A stretch of 64,000 nt of DNA. Origin: Gammaproteobacteria bacterium. Its GTDB lineage: Bacteria; Pseudomonadota; Gammaproteobacteria; SZUA-140. A program made the position numbers and the translations under genes. Within the stretch, counting starts at the first letter, position 1; each line of letters begins with the position of its first letter. Location of the stretch: NCBI GenBank assembly GCA_015491865.1, contig WFVD01000015.1, positions 225,430 to 289,429 on the forward strand, written 5' to 3'. The notes beneath the pieces are model-generated. The model was not told the DNA's origin and did no database searches. It saw nothing but the letters and a program-made list of their open reading frames with translations. Below, piece by piece: positions 30,965 to 41,300 of the stretch.

Positions 30965-32182
30965 TCAGACAAGGCGTGTATTTACATTAACCTCAGCGCG
31001 CAGCGTGCGATGTACCGGACACCTGTCGGCAATCTCCAGCAGTCGTTGACGCTGTTCACCATCAAGATCACCGAGCAGCTCTATTTCACGACTGATCAGA
31101 TCAATCTTCACTTTCGTCCCCTCGCACTCGGAACAATCCTGACCATGCACCTTGCGGTGTTTAAGTTGCACCTTAACCTCTTCCAGCGGCCATTGTTTTC
31201 GATCAGCGTACATACGCAGCGTCATTGCTGTGCATGCGCCCAGTGATGCCAGCAACAGATCATACGGCGATGAACCCAGGTCACCCCCACCTAATGAAAG
31301 CGGCTCATCGGCTAACAGCAGATGGCCACGAGCATCGATTTCGGTATAGTAATGCTCACGCCCAATACTGGCGGTTACGATCCCATCCCCCGCCGGTAAT
31401 GGCGGCGTTGACGGCTGCGCCCTGCAGAGATATTTTTCGGCCCATGAGGCGATCAACCCGCCGGCGTAACAGGCGTCCTGCTGGTGTGCTAACAGGTGTC
31501 CGGCATCATCGAGCGAGACAAAACTCTTTGGGTGCTGCGCCGCTTCAAAGATCCTGCCTGCATTATCCATCGTCACCGTCTCGTCATTCGAGGCGTGCAG
31601 CACCAGTAGCGCGCAACCCAGCTTTTTGATTGAATGACGTATCTTCACCCCCTGCACATCGTCCAGGAACTGCTGCTTCATTCGATATCGCTCCCCGCCA
31701 ATCACCACCTCAGCCTCGCCATATTGCTCGATCAGCGCCTGCTCTTTTTTAAAGTGATGCAATACATGGTGTGGCTCATAAGGTGACCCGATCGTCACAA
31801 CGCCCTTCACAGAAGAGATCTGGCTCGCGGCTGCCAATGCCGCGGTACCCCCCAGTGAATGACCGATCAGGATTCCTGCCGACTGATACTCCGTTTCGAG
31901 GTAATGCGCTGCCGAGAGTAGATCGTCCACATTTGAAGTAAAATTAGTTTCAGAAAAATCACCTTCACTCTCACCCAGCCCGGTAAAATCGAAACGCAAC
32001 ACAGCGATGTGGCGCTGCGTCAGGGCACGGCTGATGTAATGTATCGCCTTGATGTTTTTGGTACAGGTAAAACAGTGGGCAATGATTGCATAGCTCACCG
32101 GGTGGTTATCGAGCGGCATATCGAGCAGTGCCGCTAGCTGTTCGCCCGCGCGATTCCTGAAGAACACTTTTTTTGAACGCAT
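30965..32182 (-). CDS. Bifunctional alpha/beta hydrolase / OsmC-family protein
   Basis: AHCFTC, RFDFTGLGESEG, GHSLGG; C-terminal DEP..ASLGACT..RCPVHRTL. Confidence 0.92.
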   Translation of the reverse strand: MRSKKVFFRNRAGEQLAALLDMPLDNHPVSYAIIAHCFTCTKNIKAIHYISRALTQRHIAVLRFDFTGLGESEGDFSETNFTSNVDDLLSAAHYLETEYQSAGILIGHSLGGTAALAAASQISSVKGVVTIGSPYEPHHVLHHFKKEQALIEQYGEAEVVIGGERYRMKQQFLDDVQGVKIRHSIKKLGCALLVLHASNDETVTMDNAGRIFEAAQHPKSFVSLDDAGHLLAHQQDACYAGGLIASWAEKYLCRAQPSTPPLPAGDGIVTASIGREHYYTEIDARGHLLLADEPLSLGGGDLGSSPYDLLLASLGACTAMTLRMYADRKQWPLEEVKVQLKHRKVHGQDCSECEGTKVKIDLISREIELLGDLDGEQRQRLLEIADRCPVHRTLRAEVNVNTRLV

Positions 32183-32199
32183 CAGGCTAATCCTCTCCT

Positions 32200-33756
32200 C
32201 TAGTGCTCGTCCAGCGCTTTCCGTATTCTGGAGAACTTGCGAATCCACGGCTTATGTTTTCTTAATTCGGGCGGGAAAAATTCCACCATTTTCTGCGCCT
32301 GAGCCCGTGATTCAAAACTGCCGTGCAACACCACATACCAACTACTGCGGTTTTTACGCTCAAGCAGCACATAAGCCAGCTCACCCTCTAAAGAGCTACG
32401 GGTGATGTAGCGAATAATATTCTTCTCATCCGGTGAACCGGCGAGCTGAATGGTAAAGTTCTCTGCTGGCTGCGCCTTCAACCATGCAGCCCCGGGAATC
32501 GCACCGTCGCCTGTCACAACTGCGGGTGATGGCGTATCCACCTTTTTAGCCGCAGCCGCGCTGCTCACTGGCTCAGGCTTTGGTCGACTCGCAACCGCCT
32601 CCGGTTTTGCCTGCAACTCCACTCGGGGTGATTCCGGGACTGTAACGGGCTTCGCCTTTGCAATAACCAACGGCGCTTTCACCGCCGTTTTTTTCATCAC
32701 GGGTTCTGTTTCAGATTTTGCCTCAGCACTCTTAGCGACGGCGGCGTCTGTGGTTGCTGGAGCAGAACTGCTGACCGGCGTAGCGGTTGAAACGGCCCTC
32801 GATGCCTCAACCACACTCTTCGGCCCTGAACGGATAACAGCGAAAATAATCACCACCAGCAGCAGTGCTGCGGCCGCACCCGCGATGAAATAAGGTATTT
32901 TCTTCTGTCGCTTTAACATCTGTTGATGCTCAAGCCGCAGACGCTCATCTGAGATCGGCCGACCAAGTGCCAGCTCTGCATGATAGTTGATACAGGCGGG
33001 AATACCGCAACTACGACGATGGATGATCTGCAACTGCGAGGGGGTCAACAGCTCATCGCCCTCACCTCTAAAACGGGTCTGAAGATAGCTGGCTGTCTCC
33101 TCCGCGGTAAATCGCGGCAGCGCATGCAGTTCAATCCATTGCGCTTTAAATGGCGCCATGCTATGCGAAGCCAGTGCCCTGCGTAGCGCTGGCGTCGCAC
33201 AGAGAATAATATCGACATCCCCCCCCTGCGCAGTCACTGCCCGTTTAATATTGGCCAGTGTCTCCAGCGCGTAGAGCGAAATATTCTGTGCGTCGTCTAC
33301 GATCACCACCGGATCGGGTTCCTGGTGGCCATATGTAACAAGCCCCTGCACCAGTGACTCAAAATCGATCGCTTCCCGTGAAAAAAAGGTCTGGCCGAGC
33401 GCACTGATAATATGGTCAACGCCCAGGTGGTAGTCTGCATGGATATAGCACAGTAACCAGTGATCTTCCGCTTCCGTGATCAGCTGCCGAATCAGCGAAC
33501 TCTTGCCGCGCCCATGTTCAGCAATGATCACCTGCATCGGCCCACGCCCCGAGACAACCTGCTGTAGATGCGCTATCAGCGTCGCCAATCCATCTGTTTT
33601 GAGGTAGCCACCAGGTGAAGCGTTATGGATTGCGCCGGAATCATGTAAGAAAGGGGCGGGATGTTTCTGACCGTTAATGCAGCCCACCCGCTCATCTTCG
33701 GCGATCACCGCTGGCGGCTCAGCACCGCTGGTATTTTGCACTACATTATTCGACAT
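32200..33756 (-). CDS. ExeA-like AAA ATPase - TM - SPOR domain protein (DamX-like)
   Basis: AEHGRGKS, VIVDDAQ, one TM, Pro/Ala linker, SPOR FTIQL..WYVVLHGSFESRAQA..KPWIR. Confidence 0.8.
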   Translation of the reverse strand: MSNNVVQNTSGAEPPAVIAEDERVGCINGQKHPAPFLHDSGAIHNASPGGYLKTDGLATLIAHLQQVVSGRGPMQVIIAEHGRGKSSLIRQLITEAEDHWLLCYIHADYHLGVDHIISALGQTFFSREAIDFESLVQGLVTYGHQEPDPVVIVDDAQNISLYALETLANIKRAVTAQGGDVDIILCATPALRRALASHSMAPFKAQWIELHALPRFTAEETASYLQTRFRGEGDELLTPSQLQIIHRRSCGIPACINYHAELALGRPISDERLRLEHQQMLKRQKKIPYFIAGAAAALLLVVIIFAVIRSGPKSVVEASRAVSTATPVSSSAPATTDAAVAKSAEAKSETEPVMKKTAVKAPLVIAKAKPVTVPESPRVELQAKPEAVASRPKPEPVSSAAAAKKVDTPSPAVVTGDGAIPGAAWLKAQPAENFTIQLAGSPDEKNIIRYITRSSLEGELAYVLLERKNRSSWYVVLHGSFESRAQAQKMVEFFPPELRKHKPWIRKFSRIRKALDEH

Positions 33757-34033
33757 ATTCTCACTACAACGCGAAGGTTAAGGCCATCGTCATTCCTGCG
33801 GGATCGATATGATACCTGTTCCGACACCTCAGAAGAGGAAGCGACTCCCCGTCCCTCATTGAATGCCGATATCATACGTGATGGTGCTACTCGGTGCCAT
33901 TGTTTCACAAGGGGTTGAATGATACCTGAGCCGCACGATATGCCGTTATAACCGCCGTTCAACCAGCGGCGCTTCGACTTACGCCACCCCAGCGCGTATT
34001 ATGAGAGCCAGAAGCTGTTTAACGGAGCAGAAT

Positions 34034-35200
34034 ATGGTCTCTCGCCGTCACGTTATTATCATCACCGTAGTTCTCACTGCTGCAGCCGTTCTCTTGTTAA
34101 ATCGTGAAAAACCACTCGCTGTTATCACCCATGTTGTCGAACGCGGCGAGGTCACTGCCACCGTGACCAACACCCGCGCCGGTACAGTGAAAGCGTGCCG
34201 TCGTGCCCGCCTCGCCCCAACCATCGGTGGGCAGATCGCACGGCGTGCCGTCAGCGAAGGGGACAGGGTCACTACCCATCAACTACTCCTGGCGCTATGG
34301 AATGATGATCTCAAGGCTCAACTGGCGCTAACAGAGCGCGAGGCAGATGCAGCTGCTTCGCATCAGCAACAGAGTTGTTTGATGAGTGAACGCGCCAGAC
34401 GTGAAGCCGAACGCCAACAGGCCCTGCTGAGCAAAAAACTGGTGAGTGAAGAGACCGCCGACCAGGCGATAACCAATGCATTGGCACTGGAAGCAAACTG
34501 CAAGGCGGCGACCGCTAACCATGAGGTGAGTATGCGCCGCATTGATGTTGCACGGGCCAATCTCGAACGTACCCGCATCCGTGCGCCATTTGCCGGCACC
34601 GTCGCTAAAATCAATGGAGAGCTGGCCGAATTTGTCACACCCTCTCCGGTCGGGGTTTCAACCCCACCAGCAGTTGACCTGATCGATACCAGCTGCCTCT
34701 ATATCTCCGCTCCGATTGATGAAGTCGATGCCCCCCGTATACAGACCTTAATGGATGCGCGCATCTCTCTCGACGCCTTCCCCGAGCAGCAGTTTGACGG
34801 CATCGTGCAGCGTATCGCCCCTTATGTGCTGGCGGTTGAGAAACAGGCACGTACAGTTGAGGTCGAGACGGTCTTCTCCAATCCCGAGGATTTTAAGCAG
34901 ATGCTGCCCGGCTATAGTGCCGATGTTGAGATCACCCTCGCATCACGCCGTGACGTGATACGAATCCCAGGCGAGGCGATTCTGCGCGATAACATGACCG
35001 ATGAGCGCAAGCCCGCTGTATTGATCATCCATAACGATGGCCTGCTTGAGCGTCGCACCATTACCACCGGCATCGCTAACTGGCAGTTTACCGAAGTCAC
35101 CCGGGGCCTCAAGGCGGGTGAAACGGTTGTACTATCGGTCAATCGTGACGGCGTGGTCGATGGCGCCTATGCAGAGAGTGAACAGGCCAGCAGAAAATGA
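34034..35200 (+). CDS. MacA-like periplasmic adaptor of an ABC efflux system
   Basis: IGGQI..VSEGDRV, coiled hairpin, IRAPFAGTV, IDEVD, LPGYSADV. Confidence 0.9.
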   Translation: MVSRRHVIIITVVLTAAAVLLLNREKPLAVITHVVERGEVTATVTNTRAGTVKACRRARLAPTIGGQIARRAVSEGDRVTTHQLLLALWNDDLKAQLALTEREADAAASHQQQSCLMSERARREAERQQALLSKKLVSEETADQAITNALALEANCKAATANHEVSMRRIDVARANLERTRIRAPFAGTVAKINGELAEFVTPSPVGVSTPPAVDLIDTSCLYISAPIDEVDAPRIQTLMDARISLDAFPEQQFDGIVQRIAPYVLAVEKQARTVEVETVFSNPEDFKQMLPGYSADVEITLASRRDVIRIPGEAILRDNMTDERKPAVLIIHNDGLLERRTITTGIANWQFTEVTRGLKAGETVVLSVNRDGVVDGAYAESEQASRK

Positions 35201-35880
35201 TCCAGCTGCAACAGATTCACCGTATCTTTAAAGTTGGTGATCAGCAGGTTCATGCACTCAATGATCTCTCACTAACGATCAATGGTGGCGAATACCTTTC
35301 GATCATGGGCCCTTCGGGTTCGGGCAAGTCAACCCTGCTCAACCTGATTGGCCTGCTGGACCAGCCCACATCAGGTGAATATACCTTTAACAACCAGAAG
35401 GTCACCACACTCAGCGATGACCAGAAAGCGGTGCTGCGACGTGACCAGATCGGCTTTATCTTTCAGTTCTTTCACCTGGTACCGCGCCTGACAGCGATTG
35501 AAAACATCGAGCTACCGATGGTGCTGGCGGGCATTCCCTCAACTGAGCGCCGCACACGGGTTAGCAGGATCCTTGACGCCGTTGGCCTTGCTGAACGCGC
35601 CCACCATAAACCAGAACAGCTCTCCGGTGGACAACAACAGCGCGTCGCGATCGCACGCGCCACCATTATGCAACCCTCTGTTTTGCTCGCCGACGAACCA
35701 ACCGGAAATCTTGATAGCGCCTCAGGCAACGATGTGGTCGAGATACTTGAAGCGTTAAATCAGCAGGGGATCACGTTGATTATCGTTACCCATGACGCCG
35801 CACTCGGGGCGCGCGCCATGCGAGAAATAAAGATGATCGATGGCCGTATTATCGATGATGGTCACCAAAAGCCACGCTAG
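35197..35880 (+). CDS. ABC transporter ATP-binding protein (MacB/LolD-like)
   Basis: [33 protein letters not shown]. Confidence 0.95.
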   Translation: MIQLQQIHRIFKVGDQQVHALNDLSLTINGGEYLSIMGPSGSGKSTLLNLIGLLDQPTSGEYTFNNQKVTTLSDDQKAVLRRDQIGFIFQFFHLVPRLTAIENIELPMVLAGIPSTERRTRVSRILDAVGLAERAHHKPEQLSGGQQQRVAIARATIMQPSVLLADEPTGNLDSASGNDVVEILEALNQQGITLIIVTHDAALGARAMREIKMIDGRIIDDGHQKPR

Positions 35881-35881
35881 G

Positions 35882-37093
35882 ATGCGCCTCAACGACACCC
35901 TCTCACTCACCTATGGCGCCCTTCGGGGCGCACCAACACGCACGGGATTAATGTTATTGGCAATGGCGATCGGCGTTGCTGCCGTAGTGGTACTGACCTC
36001 TCTGGGCGAAGGGGCCAGGCGCTACATCAGCGATGAATTCACCTCCCTCGGTACTAACCTGTTAATCGTGCTTCCGGGGCGCTCAGAGACCAGTGGCGAC
36101 ATGGCCACCCTGCTGATGAGTGATACGACCCGCGACCTGACGCTTGATGATGCTCGCGCCCTGATGCGCAGTCGTTACATTCGTCGCCTGTCGCCGATTA
36201 ATGTCGGTTCATCGCAGCTCTCATGGCGTGAACGTTCACGAGATATCTCTGTGTTTGGGGCCACCCATGATCTGCTCGCTATCCACCACTGGAAGATGGC
36301 ACAAGGGCGTTTCCTGCCCCTGGTCGAAATGGATCGTGCCACACCTGTCTGCGTGATAGGTGCCAGGTTAAGCAGCGAACTCTTTGGCAATCGCCCCCCT
36401 GTTGGAGAGTGGGTACGGCTGGGCGAGCGCCGTTTTCGTGTCATTGGGGTGCTGGCGACCAAGGGACGTACCGTTGGCATCGATGTAGAGGAGATTGTGG
36501 TGATTCCCGTCGCCTCCGCGCAGGCGCTGTTCAATGAAGCGTCGCTATTTCGCATCATTATCGAAGCCAGGGACAGAGATGCAATCAGGCATGCCAGTGC
36601 ATTTATCAAAACCACGCTCCGTAAGCGTCATCAGGGTGAAGAGGATATCACCCTCATCACACAGGACGCCGTACTCGCCACCTTTGATAAAATATTCCAG
36701 TCACTCACCTTTACTGTCGCCGGTATTGCAGCCATCAGCCTCGCAGTAGCAGGCATCCTGGTGATGAATGTGATGCTGGTTTCGGTATCGCAACGCACCG
36801 CTGAAATCGGGCTATTAAAAGCACTGGGCGCTTCACAGCGACAGATCGTCACCCTCTTTTTATGGGAGGCCGCGATGCTCTCATTTGCAGGTGCCTGCAT
36901 TGGACTACTCATTGGCCTGGGGGGTAGCTGGCTCATCGGCTACCTCTTTCCTGCCATCACCATGGGCGCCCCACTATGGGCCGTTGTGGCAGCCGTTGGC
37001 GTGGCACTGCTCACCGGCCTGCTGTTTGGTGTAATGCCTGCACGCCGTGCAGCAAGGCTCAACCCTGTGCTGGCGCTGGTGCACCACCGCTAA
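35882..37093 (+). CDS. MacB/FtsX-type ABC permease
   Basis: LAMAIGVAAVV, MNVMLVSVSQRTAEIGLLKALGA, PARRAARLNP. Confidence 0.92.
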   Translation: MRLNDTLSLTYGALRGAPTRTGLMLLAMAIGVAAVVVLTSLGEGARRYISDEFTSLGTNLLIVLPGRSETSGDMATLLMSDTTRDLTLDDARALMRSRYIRRLSPINVGSSQLSWRERSRDISVFGATHDLLAIHHWKMAQGRFLPLVEMDRATPVCVIGARLSSELFGNRPPVGEWVRLGERRFRVIGVLATKGRTVGIDVEEIVVIPVASAQALFNEASLFRIIIEARDRDAIRHASAFIKTTLRKRHQGEEDITLITQDAVLATFDKIFQSLTFTVAGIAAISLAVAGILVMNVMLVSVSQRTAEIGLLKALGASQRQIVTLFLWEAAMLSFAGACIGLLIGLGGSWLIGYLFPAITMGAPLWAVVAAVGVALLTGLLFGVMPARRAARLNPVLALVHHR

Positions 37094-37104
37094 CATCGCC
37101 TGAT

Positions 37105-38304
37105 ATGCTGATTAAGGATCTTATCAAACTCACCAGTTGTGCAGTCATCGCACAACGTATGCGCAGTTTCCTCACCTCACTGGGTATCGCCATCGGCGTT
37201 GCGGCAGTGGTGCTGCTCACATCGATTGGTGACGGCATGCAGCGCTTTGTGATGGCGGAGTTTACCCAGTTTGGCACCAATCTAATCGCCATCAACCCTG
37301 GCAAAACGACCACCCACGGCGCATCGATCGGAATCTATGGTACAGAACGACCATTAACGATTGATGATGCGGCAGCGCTTGAAAAATTGCGTGATGTTGA
37401 AGCCGTCGTACCGCTGGTTCAGGGCAATGCCGAAGTTGAATCAACTCACCGTCAGCGACGCACTACGGTATATGGCATCAGTGGTGACATGCCTCACGCC
37501 TACCGTGTTGAAGTAGCGCTGGGGCGCTATTTTATCAATGAAGACCCCAGTACACCGCGTGCAGTGGCGGTACTTGGCAGTAAACTCCGCAGCGAACTCT
37601 TTGGCAGCCGTAACCCGTTAGAGCAGCGTATTCGCATTGGCGGGGAGCGTTACCGCATCATCGGGGTCTTTGCACCAAAGGGGCAGATTCTCGGCGTTGA
37701 TCTCGACGATGCCGTCTATATTCCTGCTGCACGTGCGCAGGAGATGTTTAACCGCGATAGCCTGGTAGAGATTGACCTGCTCTACCGCGAGACAGCTGAT
37801 GTTGATGAGGTAGTGGCCAGCATCGCTCGCCTGCTAAGTGCTCGCCATGGGCGTGATGATGTTACGATCACGACCCAACAACAGATGCTCGATGTGCTCG
37901 GTTCAGTGCTCGCCATTCTCACCTTTGCAGTAGCAGCGCTCGGTAGTATTTCGCTGCTGGTCGGTAGCGTCGGCATCTTTACAATCATGACCATCGCCGT
38001 GAATGAGCGGACCAGTGAAATTGGCCTGCTGCGTGCGCTGGGTGGAAAGCGCCAACAGGTAATGGCTATCTTTCTTGGTGAAGCGATCATCCTCGCTACG
38101 CTCGGAGGGCTACTCGGCCTGGTTATTGGCGTGGGCGGTGCACAACTGCTCACGCTGCTTTTCCCTGCCCTACCTGTTCACATCTCATGGAACTACCTGA
38201 TTGCCGCTGAGACACTCGCCATCGTGATCGGCGTTATCGCTGGTGTCTGGCCGGCGCGACGTGCGGCAAAACTCAACCCAGTTGATGCATTGCGCAGTGA
38301 ATAA
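37105..38304 (+). CDS. MacB/FtsX-type ABC permease (second paralog)
   Basis: LGIAIGVAAVV, ERTSEIGLLRALG, PARRAAKLNPVDALRSE. Confidence 0.92.
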   Translation: MLIKDLIKLTSCAVIAQRMRSFLTSLGIAIGVAAVVLLTSIGDGMQRFVMAEFTQFGTNLIAINPGKTTTHGASIGIYGTERPLTIDDAAALEKLRDVEAVVPLVQGNAEVESTHRQRRTTVYGISGDMPHAYRVEVALGRYFINEDPSTPRAVAVLGSKLRSELFGSRNPLEQRIRIGGERYRIIGVFAPKGQILGVDLDDAVYIPAARAQEMFNRDSLVEIDLLYRETADVDEVVASIARLLSARHGRDDVTITTQQQMLDVLGSVLAILTFAVAALGSISLLVGSVGIFTIMTIAVNERTSEIGLLRALGGKRQQVMAIFLGEAIILATLGGLLGLVIGVGGAQLLTLLFPALPVHISWNYLIAAETLAIVIGVIAGVWPARRAAKLNPVDALRSE

Positions 38305-38388
38305 CAGACTGCATCGATAGGTTTTAAACGATTGTTTTAATTTAACAATCCCCTCTTCTCTCTTCTTCATAAATTCACCTTAGGCCTC

Positions 38389-38415
38389 TAAACTTTTATT
38401 TCCCTGCGTCGATAC
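38389..38415 (+). promoter_or_regulatory. sigma28-type promoter
   Basis: TAAA-N15-GTCGATAC upstream of the globin-PAS chemoreceptor. Confidence 0.65.
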
Positions 38416-38593
38416 CTGAAATAACGAGATAAAGGAAGCGCTCCCTGCCAGTTTCTGGCAAACAAGGCCATTGAATATCAATATCAGTTTTTTTAACCAT
38501 CACTGGCCAGCCACAAGTGACTTATTGGAATATAAAATCCAGTTCAATTAACAACTTAATAGTTTTACGACGATGTGTGTCAGGAGAAAAGCA

Positions 38594-41227
38594 ATGAAAG
38601 CAGCGGTAGCACCTTACGAAAGTTCTCTCGGTCTAAACGTTGAATTATTAGAGCAATCGTTCGAGGCCCTCGCGCCATCGGGTGAAAAGCTGGTCAAACG
38701 CTTTTATCAGGAGCTATTCAAACGCTACCCCGACATCAAGCCGCTGTTTGGCAAGAGCAGCATGGCTGCTCAACAGAAAAAGCTCCTCGCTGCACTCAAA
38801 CTGGTGGTTAATAATCTACGCAACCCGCAGGGATTAGAGGGGGCATTAATCGATCTTGGTGCCAAACATGAAGATTACGGTGCCATCGCAGAACATTACA
38901 GCGCAGTCGCCGAGACGATGCTTGATGTACTTGAAGAGTTCGCTGGAGATCTATGGACCCTGGAGGTGTGTGATGCCTGGAGCGACGCGCTCAACCTCGT
39001 CGCACAGACGATGCTAGAGGGTTATAACGGCGATCAAAGTACTACAGGCTCAGCCTCTCTGATGGGGGACCTTGAGACCATGAAGGATATTCTTGAGCAT
39101 GCACCCATCAATATTATGATGGCGGATGCAGATGAAAATGTGGTGTTCGTGAACCGTCAGGCACGTGAGATTCTGCAGGAAGTTGAAGATGAACTCGCGC
39201 TCTATATCCCAGGGTTCAAAGTCAGTGAAGTGATCGGCGGGAGTATCCACCGTTACCATAAAAACCCGGCGCTCATCAAAAAATTGCTAGCGCAGCTTAA
39301 GCCGGGCGAGTCGCATAAGGGCGAAATTAAGCCGGGCCATTTCATCTTCGAACATGAAACACGCCCCCTTTTCGATCAACAGGGAAACCGTACCGGATTT
39401 GTTGTGCAGTGGACTGATGTCACCGCAAGGCGCGCAAAAGAAGAGGAGGCATTCAGATTACAGCGCGCTATTGATGGTTCTCAAACCGCGATCATGACGA
39501 TTGACCGTGACCTGGTGGTGACCTATGCCAATGAGCAGACCATATCACTGATGAAAAATTACGCCGCTGAGCTAAGCGAACTATACCCGACACTAAACCT
39601 TGATGAGCTGGTCGGCAGCTCTATCGATGTATTCCATAAGAACCCGGAGATGCAGCGCCAGCTGCTCGCTGACCCCGCTAACCTGCCATATGAAACGGAC
39701 ATACAGGTTGGCCCCCTTACCTTTCATATTCATGTCACCGCTATTATGGATCTTAATAATAACTATATTGGCAACACATTGGAGTGGGCCGATGTGACAG
39801 AACTGCGTAAAAAAGAGGTTGAAGTGACTCGTCTCTCATCTGCGGTTAATGGTGCCGCCTCTAATCTAATGTTGTGTGATGAGAATATGATCATCACCTA
39901 TGCAAACCCGGCTGTCGTTAAGATGCTGGCATCTCGACAGGCAGCACTGCAAAACCGCTTTCCATCGCTTGATCCTCACAACCTTGTGGGACAGAGCATT
40001 GATCAGTTCCATGCGAATCCACAACACCAGCGAGCGCTACTCTCTAATGTCGATGCGCTACCCGCCAGGGCGCAACTTGAAATCGCCGGACTACACTTTG
40101 AGGTCAATGCCACTGCAATCGTCAGCCCAGAGGGCAAGTACATGGGCAACATGGTTGAATGGAAAGATATGACCGAACAGAAAGATGCTGAGATGCAGAT
40201 TAACCAGCTCGTCGAGGGCGCTATTGCCGGTAATATTGATAAGCGCATCGACACATCAGTGTATAGCGGCTATATGCGTAACCTTGGCGACGGTATCAAC
40301 AGCTTGCTTGAGGCCGTAGTAGAACCGTTAAAAGAGGGTATCGATGTCCTCTCCCACCTGGCTAATAGTGACCTGACGAAGACGATGGATGGTGAATATC
40401 AGGGTGAATTCGCTGTTTTTAGTGAATCGATCAATACCACTGTGGATAACATGGCAGAGATCGTCAATAAGATCATCATCTCATCACAGGAGATCAAAGG
40501 TGCTTCAGGCGAAATTTCACAAGGTAACACTGACCTCAGCCAGCGTACTGAAGAACAGGCATCATCACTGGAAGAGACCGCTTCTAGCATGGAAGAGCTG
40601 ACGGGTACTGTGAAACAGACGGCTGATAATGCACAGCAAGCGACCAGACTTTCTCAAGCTGCTCATGAAGAGGCGGAAAAAGGTGGTGAAGTTGTTGGTA
40701 AAACGATCGATGCGATGAGTGAAATCAATGCAGCGAGTAAAAAGATCGCCGACATTATTGGTGTTATCGATGAGATCGCCTTCCAGACCAACCTGCTGGC
40801 ACTCAACGCAGCGGTGGAGGCTGCACGTGCAGGTGAACAGGGGCGCGGCTTTGCCGTTGTTGCAGCAGAGGTTCGTAACCTCGCACAGCGCAGTGCGGGC
40901 GCAGCAAAAGAGATTAAAGGGCTGATTCATGACAGTGTCGAAAAGGTCAACCAGGGAACCGAGTTGGTCGATATTTCAGGAAAATCGCTTGAGAATATTG
41001 TTGCTTCCGTAAAGAAAGTGAATGATATTATCGCTGAGATTGCTGCCGCGAGCCAGGAACAGTCAGCCGGTATTGGCCAGATCAATAAAGCGATCTCTCA
41101 GATGGACGAAGTGACACAACAGAATGCCGCATTAGTCGAGGAGGCGGCAGCGGGTAGTGAATCGCTTAATGAACAGGCAATAAGCCTTAACGAGATGATG
41201 ACTGTTTTTAAATTAGGTAAAGGATAA
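38594..41227 (+). CDS. Soluble chemoreceptor: globin + 3 Aer2-type PAS + HAMP + signalling domain
   Basis: AGGAG RBS; globin [15 protein letters not shown]; three [FY]HxNP...[EQ]WxD repeats; [20 protein letters not shown]; no TM. Confidence 0.88.
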   Translation: MKAAVAPYESSLGLNVELLEQSFEALAPSGEKLVKRFYQELFKRYPDIKPLFGKSSMAAQQKKLLAALKLVVNNLRNPQGLEGALIDLGAKHEDYGAIAEHYSAVAETMLDVLEEFAGDLWTLEVCDAWSDALNLVAQTMLEGYNGDQSTTGSASLMGDLETMKDILEHAPINIMMADADENVVFVNRQAREILQEVEDELALYIPGFKVSEVIGGSIHRYHKNPALIKKLLAQLKPGESHKGEIKPGHFIFEHETRPLFDQQGNRTGFVVQWTDVTARRAKEEEAFRLQRAIDGSQTAIMTIDRDLVVTYANEQTISLMKNYAAELSELYPTLNLDELVGSSIDVFHKNPEMQRQLLADPANLPYETDIQVGPLTFHIHVTAIMDLNNNYIGNTLEWADVTELRKKEVEVTRLSSAVNGAASNLMLCDENMIITYANPAVVKMLASRQAALQNRFPSLDPHNLVGQSIDQFHANPQHQRALLSNVDALPARAQLEIAGLHFEVNATAIVSPEGKYMGNMVEWKDMTEQKDAEMQINQLVEGAIAGNIDKRIDTSVYSGYMRNLGDGINSLLEAVVEPLKEGIDVLSHLANSDLTKTMDGEYQGEFAVFSESINTTVDNMAEIVNKIIISSQEIKGASGEISQGNTDLSQRTEEQASSLEETASSMEELTGTVKQTADNAQQATRLSQAAHEEAEKGGEVVGKTIDAMSEINAASKKIADIIGVIDEIAFQTNLLALNAAVEAARAGEQGRGFAVVAAEVRNLAQRSAGAAKEIKGLIHDSVEKVNQGTELVDISGKSLENIVASVKKVNDIIAEIAAASQEQSAGIGQINKAISQMDEVTQQNAALVEEAAAGSESLNEQAISLNEMMTVFKLGKG

Positions 41228-41300
41228 CGCTTCACCGAGGCTCGCACTATGCGCCCTGAAAGAAAAATAATGCCCTCAGGCCAGAGTTTTTCGCGACAGT

